Part shown: positions 61,320 to 64,000 of the stretch, one piece after another
Position numbering within the stretch: position 1 is the first letter of the stretch
How the letters are laid out: each line of letters starts with the position of its first letter
Origin: Sminthopsis crassicaudata
Lineage: Eukaryota
NCBI RefSeq assembly: GCF_048593235.1
Contig: NC_133618.1
Coordinates: 243,003,882 to 243,067,881 of the forward strand
DNA length: 64,000 nucleotides
Direction of reading: 5' to 3'
Translations under genes and position numbers: made by a program
Notes under the pieces: model-generated
What the model was told of the DNA's origin: nothing
Seen by the model: only the letters and a program-made list of their open reading frames with translations
Database searches by the model: none

Positions 61320-62000
61320 TCACATTTTAAGAGCAATATTGACAAATGAGTACATACAGGGAATAAGAATGAGAAGGTCTAGAAATCATCAAAGATAAAA
61401 TGTTTAGCTTGGAAGAGTGATTTGTAGAATACAACATTAATGCTTGCTTAAAATATCTCAAGAATATCAGATTATAAAACAAGGGTTACACTTACTCTGT
61501 ATCACACTCTTTCTGAGATTTTTTTCTCTTCTTGGGGCTAAATAAGCTCCATTTCTTGAAGCAAACCTCATTGTGGGGAGGAGTTTGAGTCTTTACTTGT
61601 CATCCGGGGTCCCCTCTTCTAGATTTGACTCAGTCTATCAGTTTTCCTCTCTAAATGTCATTGCACAATAGCCAGGTATAATATGATTGTGGTAGAATAC
61701 AACAGGAACATTAGATCCCTCACTCTAAATGTTTTATTTACTATGGCTGTCCAAGATGGTCACATTATTTTTGTGCTATCTCATTATGTGTTAGACCAAC
61801 ATTGAACTCAAAGTCCACTCAGATCCCTCTAAAGTCCTTTATTAGATGGATTCTAAGTGAAACTTGCTGCATTCGTGTTACATTCCATTTGAAGACAAAA
61901 TCATGTAGTTTTTTTATATGGGCCAAAGCAGGCAGTGGCCACCTTGGGATGGATGGGGATGCAGAACAAACAGGTTACATAGTATTCTTCTGTGAGTTTT
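61320..62000. mobile_element. CR1/L3 fragments (+ at about 61320-61500, - at about 61520-62000)
   Basis: cacattttaagagcaatattgacaaa and atgtttagcttggaagag on +; ccaacattgaactcaaagtccactcagatccc on -. Confidence 0.7.
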
Positions 62001-62479
62001 GACTATGATTGCATCAGGCTGGCAAGAAGAACCTCCTTTCAAATGAATCAAGTTAGAGTTAGGACAATCATGAACTCACACAAGAATAATTCATCATGTC
62101 ATGCTAATTTCTGATGCTTGACAATTCCCTTTGAAGAGATGCCAAATTTGTCCAAGTTTTATGTTGATGAAGTTGTTCCCTACTTACTCAAGTGATCTTT
62201 TAGGGGGGGAGTGTTAACAAAATTTCTGAAATCTTCTAAATCAAATTTTAAATTTTCATATGAGGATGAAAATGAAAGAAGTGATGTGATGTGGATGGAA
62301 GATCACTTGAATTTAGAGGCAAACAATTCTCTTTTTTTGTCATTTATTTGGTGTGACTTCTAAGCAAATCACTTTTTCCTCTCAGACTGAATGGCTTTCT
62401 CAAAATAATGTCTGAATTCCCTTCCAACTTTGACCTTGGGCATTTTTGTGACTCAGTGATTTTGAAGAGTTCTTCTAGG

Positions 62480-62885
62480 TCAAATCTTCCTACACATCAT
62501 TCCCCTAAATGTACCTTTTGATCCAGAGACACTAGCCTCCTGGCTATTCCACAAACAAGACACTCTCTCTCTTGAATCTGGGCATTTTCTCTGGATATCT
62601 CCATATCTAGAACACACTCTCTCTTCTATTCCAATTCTGACTCTTTTAAATCCCATTAACATTGCATTTTTTATAAAAAGGCTTTCCAAACCTCTCTTAA
62701 TCCCAGTTATCCTGTATATAGTTTGTTTGTACATACTGATTTTCATATTGTCTCCTCCATTAGATTGTAAGCTTCTTGAAGGCAGGGAATGTTTTGTTTT
62801 TTTTTTTTGCCTCTTTTTATATACTCAGTACTTGGCAAATTGTCTGGCATATGGTAGGTATTTAATAAATGTTCACTGACTGACT
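62480..62885 (+). mobile_element. L2 3' end
   Basis: ccattagattgtaagcttcttgaaggcaggga...atttaataaatgttcactgactgac. Confidence 0.88.
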
Positions 62886-63719
62886 GTTGAATATTATTAG
62901 AGAATATTATATAGAAATCATGACATTGTTAAAAGAACATTGAATTTGGAGGTAGAAGACCAGGGTTTGAATCTTGGCTTTGCTACCTACCAACTAGCTG
63001 TATGACTTTGAACAAACTACTTTACCCCATGAAACTCAGTATTCTTTTCTGTAAAATGGACACTTTAGCTGACATTTTAAGATTCACAATGTGCTTAGCT
63101 CCCAACAATTATGTGATACCAGAAGCAAATCTTATCTCCATTTATGGAGAGGGAAATTAAAAAGATTAATAAGAATTTCATAAATTAACTCTTAGGGTGC
63201 TTGGGACAATGAAATTCTAATGAATTTAAAGTGCTTTGTAAATCTCAAAACACTAAAAGGATTCTTGTTATGAAACAACCACAATTATGAAGATTCTCTG
63301 ATCCTATGATTTAATCTGGGATAGTTCATCTTGATCTCTCCATCATTGAACTATTTTTCTATAATTGGAGCTGCATCATTCAAACTTCTAGTGATAGCAA
63401 CTGTGATTAAAAAAAAAAAAACTAAGCTTTCTAGAATGCCTATTGATTTAATTTAGATAACCTTTAATGTCTGCCAAGTGTACACAGTCTAGCAGTAAAA
63501 TATATCTGCTAAAGAAGAGACTGTCTGTAGGCTCTGAGGAAAAAACTATCAGAGCATGGCAGGACAGCTGTGAGTTGATTATTTTTCTTCTGCTCTCCAA
63601 TGATAATGACCAGACCCTAATAAATCCAGTCGCTGACAGAGGAGCCATCTGAATAGAAGTAATGGAAACTATCCTTGTATCCTCAAGGGTGATTTTATTC
63701 TCGGAAAGGTTGAGAGAAA

Positions 63720-63927
63720 GGGTCCAAGTAAGAAGAGGATTAGATGTGTCTGACCTGGTCTTGGAGGGCAAAACTAGGACCAGGAGGACAAATAGATAAG
63801 AGGAAATTTTTCTTAACCATTATTATAGGAAGTACCACAAAGTGAAATGGGTAGCCTTGGTGTGTGGGGGGTAGTTACCTGTCACCAGTAATCCTCAAGC
63901 AGAGGCCAGATGATATTTGTGAAGATA
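63720..63927 (+). mobile_element. CR1/L3 3' end
   Basis: gaagaggattagatg...gagggcaaaactagg...cctcaagcagaggccagatg. Confidence 0.8.
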
Positions 63928-64000
63928 GTTTTATTATAGCTTTTATTTATAAAACATATGCATGGGTAATTTTTCAACATTGACCTTTGCAAAACTTTCT
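63928..64000 (-). mobile_element. L1 3' end running off the window
   Basis: atagctttttatttataaaacatatgcatgggtaatttttcaacattgacc is the reverse of the 40450-40500 type tail. Confidence 0.85.

Noticed and set aside
63540-63575. agcATGGCAGGACAGCT|gtgagt as a first coding exon (MAGQL)
   Set aside because: Weak donor context (GCT|GT), no promoter evidence, and it adjoins a decayed CR1 from which it may derive.

Overview
AT-rich, CpG-depleted eukaryotic DNA from a draft scaffold with four sized N-gaps. The repeat set (WSINE1, MAR1, MIR/Mar3-type SINEs, RTE-type SINEs and LINE, marsupial L1, L2, CR1/L3, hAT MITEs, one solo LTR) points to a marsupial, most likely a dasyurid such as the Tasmanian devil; this is inferred from recalled repeat consensus, not from a search. 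I recognise no host protein-coding gene. The only clearly recognisable coding sequence is a disrupted, 5'-truncated L1 ORF2 (26598-28909, 15-bp TSD) plus decayed RTE/L2/CR1 remnants. Nearly all other listed ORFs are chance, low-complexity or N-gap artefacts. No RNA gene, CpG island or CRISPR array was seen, so the window reads as intergenic or deep intronic. The most interesting non-repeat signal is at 22.3-23.05 kb: four TEAD/MCAT motifs, a MEF2-like site and six GATA sites, followed by a textbook 74-nt GT-AG intron and a 110-nt exon ending ATG-GAT-GG|GTAAGA. This is a candidate unannotated promoter and 5' end of a spliced transcript. Other items worth checking are a higher-order (B-A-A)n minisatellite, a three-level nested insertion with an orphan A-tailed fragment inside a MAR1 SINE, a solo LTR carrying NF-kB/STAT/AP-1 motifs, and two L2 fragments sharing one internal duplication. 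Repeat boundaries without TSDs are approximate (tens of bp), and subfamily names are from memory.
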